5,359 nucleotides of DNA, taken from the IMG/VR virus record IMGVR_UViG_2529292725_000015; one strand, written 5' to 3'. Positions 1 to 5,359 of this stretch are shown one piece after another (positions within the stretch are counted from its first letter, which is position 1; each line of letters starts with the position of its first letter). The position numbers and the translations under genes were made by a program. The notes beneath the pieces were generated by a model, which was not told where the DNA came from, searched no databases, and saw only the letters and a list, made by a program, of their open reading frames with translations. The stretch is from a virus. Its lineage: Duplodnaviria > Heunggongvirae > Uroviricota > Caudoviricetes.

Positions 1-555
1 TCATTTATCTCCGACCGGAAACTTCTTATACAAAGTCGATACGCCAACATCATAAATGATCGCCACCTTCTGGCGAGGAACTCCTGATGCAATTAGTCGC
101 CCGGCCTGCGCCCATTGTTCTGGTGTAAGTTTGGGACGACGTCCACCAATTCGTCCCTGTGCGCGAGCAGCTTCCAGTCCAGCTTTTGTTCGTTCAACAA
201 TCAGTTCTCGTTCCATTTCAGCCAGGGCACCCATCACATGAAAGAAAAAACGCCCCATCGGTGTGCTGGTATCAATTGAATCCGTCAGACTACGAAAGTT
301 AATGCCTCGTTCGCGCAACCCCTCCACCAGCACGACAAGATGCCGCATACTGCGCCCCAGTCGGTCCAGCTTCCAGACAACCAGAGTGTCACCTGCCGAT
401 AATGTCCTAAGCAGTTTTTTCAGTCCCGGCCTTTCGGACTTTGTGCCGCTTATCTTGTCTTCAAAAATCAGCTCGCATCCTGCACAGTTCAGCGCATTAC
501 GTTGTAGATCTGTGTTCTGGTCATTTGTTGATACGCGTACATAGCCAATAAGCAT
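1..555 (-). CDS. pin: Serine-recombinase DNA invertase, Gin/Pin/Cin/Hin family (184 aa from the ATG at 553-555; the 196-aa ORF reaching 591 is probably a 5' over-extension)
   Basis: Translation MLIGYVRVSTNDQNTDLQRNAL...GRIGGRRPKLTPEQWAQAGRLIASGVPRQKVAIIYDVGVSTLYKKF has the small-serine-recombinase N-terminus with the catalytic Ser in the YVRVST motif (codon at 529-531) and a C-terminal HTH domain; the length is typical for Gin/Pin. A GGGGGA Shine-Dalgarno-like motif lies ~9 nt upstream of the ATG at 555. Stop TGA is at 1-3 (minus). The gene sits next to an invertible tail-fibre segment. Confidence 0.93.
   Translation of the reverse strand: MLIGYVRVSTNDQNTDLQRNALNCAGCELIFEDKISGTKSERPGLKKLLRTLSAGDTLVVWKLDRLGRSMRHLVVLVEGLRERGINFRSLTDSIDTSTPMGRFFFHVMGALAEMERELIVERTKAGLEAARAQGRIGGRRPKLTPEQWAQAGRLIASGVPRQKVAIIYDVGVSTLYKKFPVGDK
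425..500. promoter_or_regulatory. Predicted Fis-dependent recombinational enhancer inside the 5' part of the invertase gene (position inferred by analogy, not identified by motif)
   Basis: In the Gin, Hin and Cin systems the enhancer lies inside the first ~150 bp of the invertase coding sequence. The coordinates here are placed by analogy only; I could not confidently pick Fis sites by eye. Confidence 0.25.
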
Positions 556-581
556 GGTAGATCCCCCTGACAAAAGCAGGA

Positions 582-1160
582 ATGATGCCATTTGCTCGTT
601 ATTTCTGCATTTTCATAAACGTTGGTTTGGGAGAAGGTTCGGCATTACCCGTTGGCGTGCCTGTTCCGTGGCCTTCCGCCACTCCGCCAACAGGCTGGCT
701 GAAATGCAACGGTGCCGCTTTTTCTGCTGAAGAATACCCGGAACTGGCAAAGGCTTATCCGACAAATAAATTGCCTGATTTACGTGGTGAGTTTATTCGT
801 GGCTGGGATGACGGGCGTGGTGTGGATGCGGGACGTGCCTTGCTAAGTCTTCAGGATGACTCTTTTGAAGCGCACAGGCATGAGTCCTTTTTTTACGCGG
901 GTATTTCTCGCAATGAAATACCATTAAAAAATCTTCCAAGTTCAGACGAGATGCTGACTTTAAGTTCTACAACTAATGCCTTGTCCCCGGACGGTATTGA
1001 TGCCACTAATTCGTTAATTGGTAATGATGATTACAACTGTCTGATTGAAGGAAATAAAAATAACAAACGAACAGCGACGGGGTTGAGTACCAGTATTGTC
1101 GGTGCAGCAGAGACACGCCCACGTAATATTTCATTTAATTACATTGTGAGGGCTGCATGA
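582..1160 (+). CDS. Silent alternative tail-fibre C-terminal cassette (Sv'-like). The ORF runs 582..1160, but the functional reading frame starts at the crossover (codon at 624) and would be fused to the constant fibre N-terminus only after inversion
   Basis: Translation ...GLGEGSALPVGVPVPWPSATPPTGWLKCNGAAFSAEEYPELAKAYPTNKLPDLRGEFIRGWDDGRGVDAGR... carries the conserved C-terminal motif of Mu/P1/e14-type tail fibres. The ORF is in frame with the crossover core, and no convincing independent start context is evident. Confidence 0.8.
   Translation: MMPFARYFCIFINVGLGEGSALPVGVPVPWPSATPPTGWLKCNGAAFSAEEYPELAKAYPTNKLPDLRGEFIRGWDDGRGVDAGRALLSLQDDSFEAHRHESFFYAGISRNEIPLKNLPSSDEMLTLSSTTNALSPDGIDATNSLIGNDDYNCLIEGNKNNKRTATGLSTSIVGAAETRPRNISFNYIVRAA
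610..635. repeat. 26-bp inversion crossover site (gix/pix/hix-like), invertase-proximal; read on the minus strand as TTCTCCCAAACC-AA-CGTTTATGAAAA
   Basis: Dyad-symmetric site with an AACC..GGTT-type core arrangement. It matches the site at 2535..2560 at 21 of 26 positions when compared in inverted orientation, including an identical 14-bp interior half plus core. The 2-bp core is AA on the minus strand (plus 622-623 = tt). Confidence 0.8.
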
Positions 1161-1762
1161 TGTATAACGCCATCTTGAATAGTAAATTTATTGCCACAAA
1201 GGCAGGAGAGATTACCGTTTATAACTATGACAGTGAGACACGGGAGGATATTTCTGCATCAACTGAATATCTTGCTGTGGGTGTCGGTATCCCTGCATAT
1301 TCCTGTTTAGATGCTCCTGGCACACATAAGGCTGGTTATGCAATCTGCCGTTCGGCAGATTTAAACTCATGGGAATATGTGTCAGACCATCGCGGTGAAA
1401 TCATCTATAGCACCGAAACAGGAGAATCGAAAGAAATCACAGCTCCGGGTGATTATCCTGAAAATACAACCACTATCGCCCCGTTAACGCCATACGATGA
1501 ATGGGATGGTGAGAAATGGGTAACAGATACTGTGGCACAGCATAGCGCCGCAGTAGGCGCGGCAGAAGCACAGCGTCAGTCACTGATTGATACTGCAATG
1601 GCTTCCATTAGTCTGATTCAGCTGAAATTGCAGGCCGGACGGAATCTGACGCAGGCAGAAACCGCCCGACTTAACGCTGCGCTGGATTACATTGACGCGG
1701 TGACGGCAACAGATACCAGCACCGCGCCGGATGTCATCTGGCCTGAACTGCCGGAGGCGTAG
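1157..1762 (+). CDS. Tail-fibre assembly protein (Tfa / Mu U-like), cognate of the silent cassette
   Basis: 201-aa product with a Tfa-like C-terminus (...LDYIDAVTATDTSTAPDVIWPELPEA). Its start overlaps the upstream stop as ATGA (1157-1160), and GAGGG lies ~5 nt upstream. It sits directly downstream of the variable fibre cassette, as in the G and P segments. Confidence 0.85.
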   Translation: MMYNAILNSKFIATKAGEITVYNYDSETREDISASTEYLAVGVGIPAYSCLDAPGTHKAGYAICRSADLNSWEYVSDHRGEIIYSTETGESKEITAPGDYPENTTTIAPLTPYDEWDGEKWVTDTVAQHSAAVGAAEAQRQSLIDTAMASISLIQLKLQAGRNLTQAETARLNAALDYIDAVTATDTSTAPDVIWPELPEA

Positions 1763-2174
1763 GCCATTCAATATCTGGCGCACCGGAAGTATCGACCAGT
1801 TCCAGTGCGTCCAGATAATCCAGCCACAAATTATATTGCGCCAGTTCCTCCCCTTTCAGCCGGCCAATAGCCGCTTTACCAGGCCATTGTTTACTGTTCA
1901 TATAATCGTTGGCCTGATTAATCAGTTGCTGCTTTTCCAGTTCGGCTGCAGCAATCTGTTCCTCATGTGTTGGTGGTGGAATTTCAGACCATGCAGGAAA
2001 ACCATTTTCTCCAGCGATACGGATTTTTCCTTTCGGCGGTAATCCGGAAAACTCAATATACACTTGCTCATCAACTTCAACAGCATCATCTGGCCATGAG
2101 TCAGCTTGAGTGTAATCCTCTTTCATCTCCAGCGGATAGAAAGAGTTTGTAGTCGCGGAATATATGTAATTCAT
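1734..2174 (-). CDS. Tail-fibre assembly protein (Tfa), cognate of the currently expressed fibre C-terminus
   Basis: 146-aa product ending ...NLWLDYLDALELVDTSGAPDIEWPTPPAVQAR, the same C-terminal Tfa signature as the plus-strand tfa. GGAG lies ~8 nt upstream of the ATG at 2172-2174. It follows the fibre gene stop (2196-2198) by 21 nt. Confidence 0.85.
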   Translation of the reverse strand: MNYIYSATTNSFYPLEMKEDYTQADSWPDDAVEVDEQVYIEFSGLPPKGKIRIAGENGFPAWSEIPPPTHEEQIAAAELEKQQLINQANDYMNSKQWPGKAAIGRLKGEELAQYNLWLDYLDALELVDTSGAPDIEWPTPPAVQAR

Positions 2175-2195
2175 TTTTCACTCCATATAGCTAAA

Positions 2196-2885
2196 TTAAC
2201 AGCCTAACGCTAAAAATGAAGCGCCGAGGCCAGGAGTACTGGCTCTGGATATAAATTTAACCGGGTCGGGACTAAAACCTGCACAGGCAATATAACCAAC
2301 AGCCCCGCTATCTGGTGTGTAGTCTTGTGAGACCAAAACACGCAGACATCTGTTTGGAAATGCAATCGGGAAATGGGTTACTACATCCTGTGCAATGCCT
2401 GGTGCGCCGATTGAGCCCCACTGAAGAATAAAACCTGATGGTAATTTTTGATATCCAGTACCTGAAACAGAAAGCGTGAAGCTACCCATATCAGGTATCT
2501 GATTCGCCCCTGTCCCTACATTCCTTTTAGCCGCTTCTCCCAAACCAAGGTTTTCGAGAGCCGTTTTCACCGTGCCATCCGATTTGATATCACCAAACGG
2601 ATTCTTGCGGCTCAGGTATTCAACAGCAAACCCCGATCCCAGCAATTCAACAAAACCGGGCAGATCACCATTATCAAGCACATCCCGTTGCGTTTTGTCA
2701 CTTACAAACTGGGCCAGAGCTGCAGCAATAAAGCTGGCCTGCCGAATAACCTTATTGACTTGCGCACTGGATGCTTTCCCTGCTGTAAATCCGGATAAAA
2801 GCGCAGGCAACGCTTCCCATTCCTCCTGCGACATAACATTGGCATTCCGATCAGTTGCAAACGCTTTAAAGTCATTTTTCGCCAT
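2196..2885 (-). CDS. Tail-fibre protein in the currently expressed configuration: constant N-terminal part (2885 down to ~2549) fused through the crossover site to variable C-terminal part (2546 down to 2196); 229 aa
   Basis: The ORF is continuous through the crossover site 2535..2560, which encodes ALENLGLGE. The ATG at 2883-2885 overlaps the stop of the upstream gene (ATGA), which favours MAKNDFKAF... as the true start over the upstream MGSITL start in the ORF track. GGGGAG lies upstream. Confidence 0.85.
   Translation of the reverse strand: MAKNDFKAFATDRNANVMSQEEWEALPALLSGFTAGKASSAQVNKVIRQASFIAAALAQFVSDKTQRDVLDNGDLPGFVELLGSGFAVEYLSRKNPFGDIKSDGTVKTALENLGLGEAAKRNVGTGANQIPDMGSFTLSVSGTGYQKLPSGFILQWGSIGAPGIAQDVVTHFPIAFPNRCLRVLVSQDYTPDSGAVGYIACAGFSPDPVKFISRASTPGLGASFLALGC
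2535..2560. repeat. 26-bp inversion crossover site (gix/pix/hix-like), invertase-distal; plus strand TTCTCCCAAACC-AA-GGTTTTCGAGAG
   Basis: Internal dyad symmetry (9 of 12 between half-sites). Core AA at 2547-2548 is inverted relative to the site at 610..635. The site lies inside the tail-fibre coding sequence at the constant/variable junction. Confidence 0.8.
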
Positions 2886-3565
2886 CAGAGTAATACTCCC
2901 CATGCCCCTACATCAAAACCACTGATGAATTCGTTATCCATATCAAAACCAAAAAATTTTGAACCTTCCGATGGAGTTTCCACCGAAGGTGTTTCAATGC
3001 CACCCGCCCAAACCCCGGCGGCTTTTACTGTGAGATATCCCTGTTTAATTGCAGCAATTAACTCACGCGATACATCTGAAATATCAGTATCAGGAAAGAG
3101 CCAGACCGATATCGTCATGTCCTGGTTATCGACTATCTGCATTCGCAGTCCGGATCCTGCTGTCGCCGCGTCAAGAATTGCTGGAAGCGAATCATTCCGT
3201 CCGTCCCAGTTATTAATCGCAATCTTCGCTTTAAGGATGACACGATAAGTTTCATCGCTGAGGTACATGTATCCGGAATCAGGATCGTATGGCCCCTGCC
3301 ATACACCCTGATCATATCCAAGCCCGTCGGTATCCCAGCTGAAATAGACACCTGAGATAGGCTGGCTGACAACACGGCTACGTCCGATCCACAATCCAAG
3401 AATGTCAAGTTGCACACCAACCGCAGAGTCAATATCAAATGCAGTAATCAGCCCTCTGGTGGCAGCCGCAACATCAATAAGCGGCCGGGTCATCAGATCA
3501 ACATGTGCAAGAAATTTAGGTTTGGTGGCGTGGTAGTTCGTGATCAGTTCGGTGTATTTGCTCAT
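2885..3565 (-). CDS. Phage tail/baseplate-associated protein (226 aa), the gene immediately upstream of the tail fibre; family assignment uncertain (position is consistent with Mu gp48 / e14 YmfQ-like proteins)
   Basis: Long ORF on the same strand as the fibre gene. Its stop overlaps the fibre start (ATGA at 2883-2887) and its start overlaps the stop of the upstream ORF (ATGA at 3562-3565), i.e. an operon with translational coupling. GGTGGAG lies upstream of the ATG. Confidence 0.7.
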   Translation of the reverse strand: MSKYTELITNYHATKPKFLAHVDLMTRPLIDVAAATRGLITAFDIDSAVGVQLDILGLWIGRSRVVSQPISGVYFSWDTDGLGYDQGVWQGPYDPDSGYMYLSDETYRVILKAKIAINNWDGRNDSLPAILDAATAGSGLRMQIVDNQDMTISVWLFPDTDISDVSRELIAAIKQGYLTVKAAGVWAGGIETPSVETPSEGSKFFGFDMDNEFISGFDVGAWGVLL

Positions 3566-3864
3566 GACTCCACCGTTATAACGATATTTTCCGGTGTACA
3601 GGACGCAGATTCGTTGTATCTGATATCAATGTTTGATGACGACAAAGCCCCCGGGGATTTCCCAATCGTCAGTTCCTGAATATCGTAATAGCGTGCATTC
3701 CCGCCACTCACCACGCCAAGATTCGCCGGTGAGTAAATGCGACTTAAAAGGACCGAATCACCAATCATCAGACTATTGATATAGTCGGAAATAGCCTGCT
3801 GGATCTGCTGCCCTATCTGTGAGGTATAACCCGTAAAAACTTTTAATTTAATCCGGGCATAAAC
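3562..3864 (-). pseudogene. 3' remnant (~100 codons) of an upstream tail/baseplate gene, apparently truncated at its 5' side by the IS66-family insertion
   Basis: The minus-strand frame ending at TGA 3562-3564 stays open upstream of the only ATG (3766-3768), through the IS boundary at ~3865, as far as an in-frame stop at 3997-3999 inside IS DNA. The product C-terminus is protein-like and translationally coupled to the next gene, so the 68-aa ORF in the track is more likely the tail of a disrupted larger gene than a small protein. Confidence 0.5.
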
Positions 3865-3890
3865 GTAAGCGTACAGCCTGAACCGTCTGG
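3865..3890. repeat. Putative left terminal inverted repeat of the IS66-family element (extent approximate)
   Basis: GTAAGCGTACAGCCTGAACCGTCTGG begins with the GTAAGCG motif characteristic of IS66-family termini. The right end is outside the window, so the repeat cannot be confirmed by pairing. Confidence 0.45.
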
Positions 3891-3956
3891 TCAGAATCTG
3901 ACGAATTAGACAAAGTGGTGTCCACCAAATAAGTAGTGGGAACCAAAGTGTCAGAT

Positions 3957-4337
3957 ATGCAGAAAAATGTGACTCCCGGCAGGCGAAAAGGCAGCCCTAA
4001 TTATCCTCCCGAATTTAAACAGCAGCTCGTTGCTGCCTCCTGTGAACCCGGGATATCCATCTCAAAACTTGCTCTTGAAAATGGCATTAACGCCAATCTG
4101 TTGTTCAAATGGCGACAACAATGGCGCGAGGGAAAGCTGCTATTACCTTCTTCAGAGAGCCCCCAGCTACTTCCTGTGACTCTCGATGCAGCTGCCGAAC
4201 AGCCAGAATCGCTCGCAGAGGACCCGAAAACCCTCAGTATCAGCTGTGAGGTAACGTTCCGGCACGGGACGCTCCGCTTCAATGGCAATGTCAGCGAAAA
4301 GCTCCTGACTCTGCTGATACAGGAACTGAAGCGATGA
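3957..4337 (+). CDS. tnpA: IS66-family OrfA (TnpA-like small HTH protein); an alternative GTG start lies at 3936
   Basis: Translation MQKNVTPGRRKGSPNYPPEFKQQLVAASCEPGISISKLALENGINANLLFKWRQQW is an IS3/IS66-type HTH transposase-accessory N-terminus. Its stop overlaps the next start as ATGA (4334-4337). Confidence 0.8.
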   Translation: MQKNVTPGRRKGSPNYPPEFKQQLVAASCEPGISISKLALENGINANLLFKWRQQWREGKLLLPSSESPQLLPVTLDAAAEQPESLAEDPKTLSISCEVTFRHGTLRFNGNVSEKLLTLLIQELKR

Positions 4338-4681
4338 TCCCGTTACCTTCCGGGACCAAAATTTGGCTGGTTGCCGGTATCACCGATATGAGAAATGGCT
4401 TCAACGGCCTAGCGGCAAAGGTGCAGACGACGCTGAAAGACGATCCGATGTCAGGTCACGTTTTTATCTTCCGTGGGCGTAATGGCAGTCAGGTAAAGCT
4501 CCTCTGGTCTACCGGCGATGGACTGTGTCTGCTGACCAAACGGCTGGAGCGCGGCCGCTTCGCCTGGCCGTCAGCCCGGGATGGCAAAGTGTTCCTCACA
4601 CCGGCACAGCTGGCGATGCTCCTTGAAGGTATCGACTGGCGGCAGCCTAAAAGACTGCTTACGTCCCTGACTATGTTGTAA
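4334..4681 (+). CDS. tnpB: IS66-family OrfB (TnpB-like accessory protein)
   Basis: 115-aa product MIPLPSGTKIWLVAGITDMRNGFNGLAAKVQ...LWSTGDGLCLLTKRLERGRFAWP... matches the conserved IS66 Orf2 pattern and is translationally coupled to orfA. Confidence 0.85.
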   Translation: MIPLPSGTKIWLVAGITDMRNGFNGLAAKVQTTLKDDPMSGHVFIFRGRNGSQVKLLWSTGDGLCLLTKRLERGRFAWPSARDGKVFLTPAQLAMLLEGIDWRQPKRLLTSLTML

Positions 4682-4729
4682 GCCTCTTTATCCTGGTCGA
4701 CGCTGAATGAGCCTGGTAATATACCCGGT

Positions 4730-5359
4730 ATGAGCAGCTCACTTCCTGACGGTATCAATGCGCTGAAACGTCTCCTTGCCGAACAGGAGGCGCTGAACCG
4801 TGCCCTGCTGGAAAAGCTGAACGAGCGTGAACGCGAAATAGACCATCTGCAGGCACAGCTGGATAAGCTGCGCCGGATGAACTTCGGCAGCCGCTCCGAA
4901 AAAGTCTCCCGTCGTATCGCACAGATGGAAGCTGACCTGAAGGCACTTCAGAAAGAAAGTGATACCCTTACCGGTCGGGTTGACGACCCGGCCGTGCAGC
5001 GCCCGCTGCGTCAAACCCGCACCCGCAAACCGTTCCCCGAATCACTCCCCCGCGATGAAAAACGGCTGCTGCCGGCAGCGTCATGCTGCCCGGAATGTGG
5101 AGGCTCACTGAGCTATCTGGGTGAGGATGCCGCCGAACAGCTGGAGTTGATGCGCAGCGTCTTCCGGGTTATCCGGACTGTACGTGAAAAGCATGCCTGT
5201 ACTCAGTGCGATGCCATCGTGCAGGCCCCCGCGCCTTCACGGCCCATCGAGCGGGGTATCGCAGGACCGGGGCTGCTGGCCCGCGTGCTGATCTCAAAGT
5301 ATGCAGAGCACACCCCGCTGTACCGCCAGTCTGAAATGTACGGCCGCCAGGGCGTGGAG
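4730..5359 (+). CDS. tnpC: IS66-family transposase (TnpC), N-terminal 210 codons; 3' end beyond the window. Not in the supplied ORF track because no stop lies within the window
   Basis: Open frame from the ATG at 4730-4732 to the window end, translating MSSSLPDGINALKRLLAEQEALNRALLEKLNERE...LPAASCCPECGGSLSYLGEDAAEQLELMRSVFRVIRTVREKHACTQCDAIVQAP... (coiled-coil/leucine-zipper-like N-terminus followed by a zinc-finger-like CxxC...CxxC motif, as in IS66 transposases). Confidence 0.85.
   Translation, partial: MSSSLPDGINALKRLLAEQEALNRALLEKLNEREREIDHLQAQLDKLRRMNFGSRSEKVSRRIAQMEADLKALQKESDTLTGRVDDPAVQRPLRQTRTRKPFPESLPRDEKRLLPAASCCPECGGSLSYLGEDAAEQLELMRSVFRVIRTVREKHACTQCDAIVQAPAPSRPIERGIAGPGLLARVLISKYAEHTPLYRQSEMYGRQGVE

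Larger units (their letters stand above)
610..2560. other. Invertible DNA segment (~1.95 kb; Mu G / P1 C / e14 P-segment type) carrying two alternative tail-fibre C-terminal cassettes and two cognate assembly genes
   Basis: Two 26-bp crossover sites in inverted orientation flank a region with mirror-image gene organisation (variable-end cassette and tfa on each strand, convergent), immediately adjacent to a Gin/Pin-family invertase gene. Confidence 0.8.
3865..5359 (+). mobile_element. IS66-family insertion sequence, left end plus ~1.5 kb (continues beyond the window end)
   Basis: Three consecutive same-strand ORFs with the IS66 organisation: a small HTH protein, an orfB-type protein, and the N-terminus of a large transposase with a Cys-rich CPECG...C..C motif. 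The terminus begins GTAAGCG at 3865, typical of IS66-family ends. The element is more GC-rich than the neighbouring phage DNA. Confidence 0.85.

Noticed and set aside
56-544. Plus-strand ORFs 56..241 and 263..544 inside the invertase gene
   Set aside because: They lie entirely antisense to a well-supported invertase CDS, have low-complexity Arg/Ser/Pro-rich translations and no start context; they are shadow ORFs.
556-591. Extended invertase start at 589-591 (MASFLLLSGGST... N-terminal extension)
   Set aside because: Gin/Pin-family invertases begin at MLIGYVRVS, and the GGGGGA Shine-Dalgarno-like motif sits correctly for the ATG at 555 and falls inside the proposed extension.
1580-2152. ORFs 1580..1783 (-), 1731..2042 (+) and 1967..2152 (+) overlapping the two tfa genes
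   Set aside because: They are antisense or out-of-frame shadows of the two tfa CDSs, with Arg/Cys/Gln-rich composition and no coupling to neighbouring genes.
636-2534. Additional crossover sites inside the segment (a multi-site shufflon of the Min/p15B type)
   Set aside because: By-eye scanning for AAACC..GGTTT-type dyads found only the two boundary sites; loose partial matches (e.g. near 2270-2290 and 2600-2680) lack the symmetric half-site. This looks like a simple two-site switch. A proper matrix scan could still change this.
2886-2903. Upstream in-frame ATG (MGSITL...) as the tail-fibre start
   Set aside because: The ATG at 2883-2885 overlaps the upstream stop in an ATGA coupling arrangement and is preceded by GGGGAG; the extension would overlap the upstream gene.
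2572-3679. ORFs 2572..2925 (+), 2925..3248 (+), 3133..3438 (-) and 3410..3679 (+) overlapping the fibre and upstream tail gene
   Set aside because: They are shadows of the strongly supported minus-strand tail genes; none has a plausible ribosome-binding site or a protein-like sequence.
3936-3956. GTG at 3936 as the IS orfA start
   Set aside because: The ATG at 3957 gives a typical orfA N-terminus; the GTG is not excluded, merely less likely. It is noted as an alternative in the feature call.
4001-5014. Minus-strand ORFs 4001..4288, 4489..4758, 4739..5014 and 4755..4946 inside the IS element
   Set aside because: They are antisense to the three co-oriented IS66 ORFs in GC-rich DNA, where long spurious ORFs are expected.
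1-5359. CRISPR array, tRNA/rRNA genes, or a reverse transcriptase (diversity-generating retroelement) as an alternative fibre-variation mechanism
   Set aside because: No direct-repeat/spacer periodicity, no tRNA-like structure and no RT-like ORF were seen; the variation is fully explained by the invertase-driven inversion.

Overview
This window reads as the tail-fibre end of an enterobacterial-type prophage carrying a Gin/Pin-style DNA inversion switch, interrupted on the right by an IS66-family insertion sequence. All calls rest on reading the sequence and the supplied ORF translations; no database search was run. Left to right: (1) a complete serine-recombinase DNA invertase gene (1..555, minus strand); (2) a ~1.95 kb invertible segment (610..2560) bounded by two 26-bp crossover sites in inverted orientation, holding two alternative tail-fibre C-terminal cassettes and their two tail-fibre assembly (Tfa) genes in convergent arrangement; (3) the constant N-terminal part of the tail-fibre gene (to 2885) and an upstream tail/baseplate gene (2885..3565), both minus strand; (4) a 3' remnant of a further tail gene that appears truncated at ~3864 by (5) an IS66-family element (3865 to beyond the window end) with the typical orfA-orfB-transposase layout. 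The inversion switch is a well-known class (Mu G, P1 C, e14 P segments), not a new system. I found nothing in the window that needs a new class of system to explain it. The points worth a second look are that the switch is intact and frame-preserving in both orientations, and that the IS insertion probably leaves the tail module defective while the switch stays whole.
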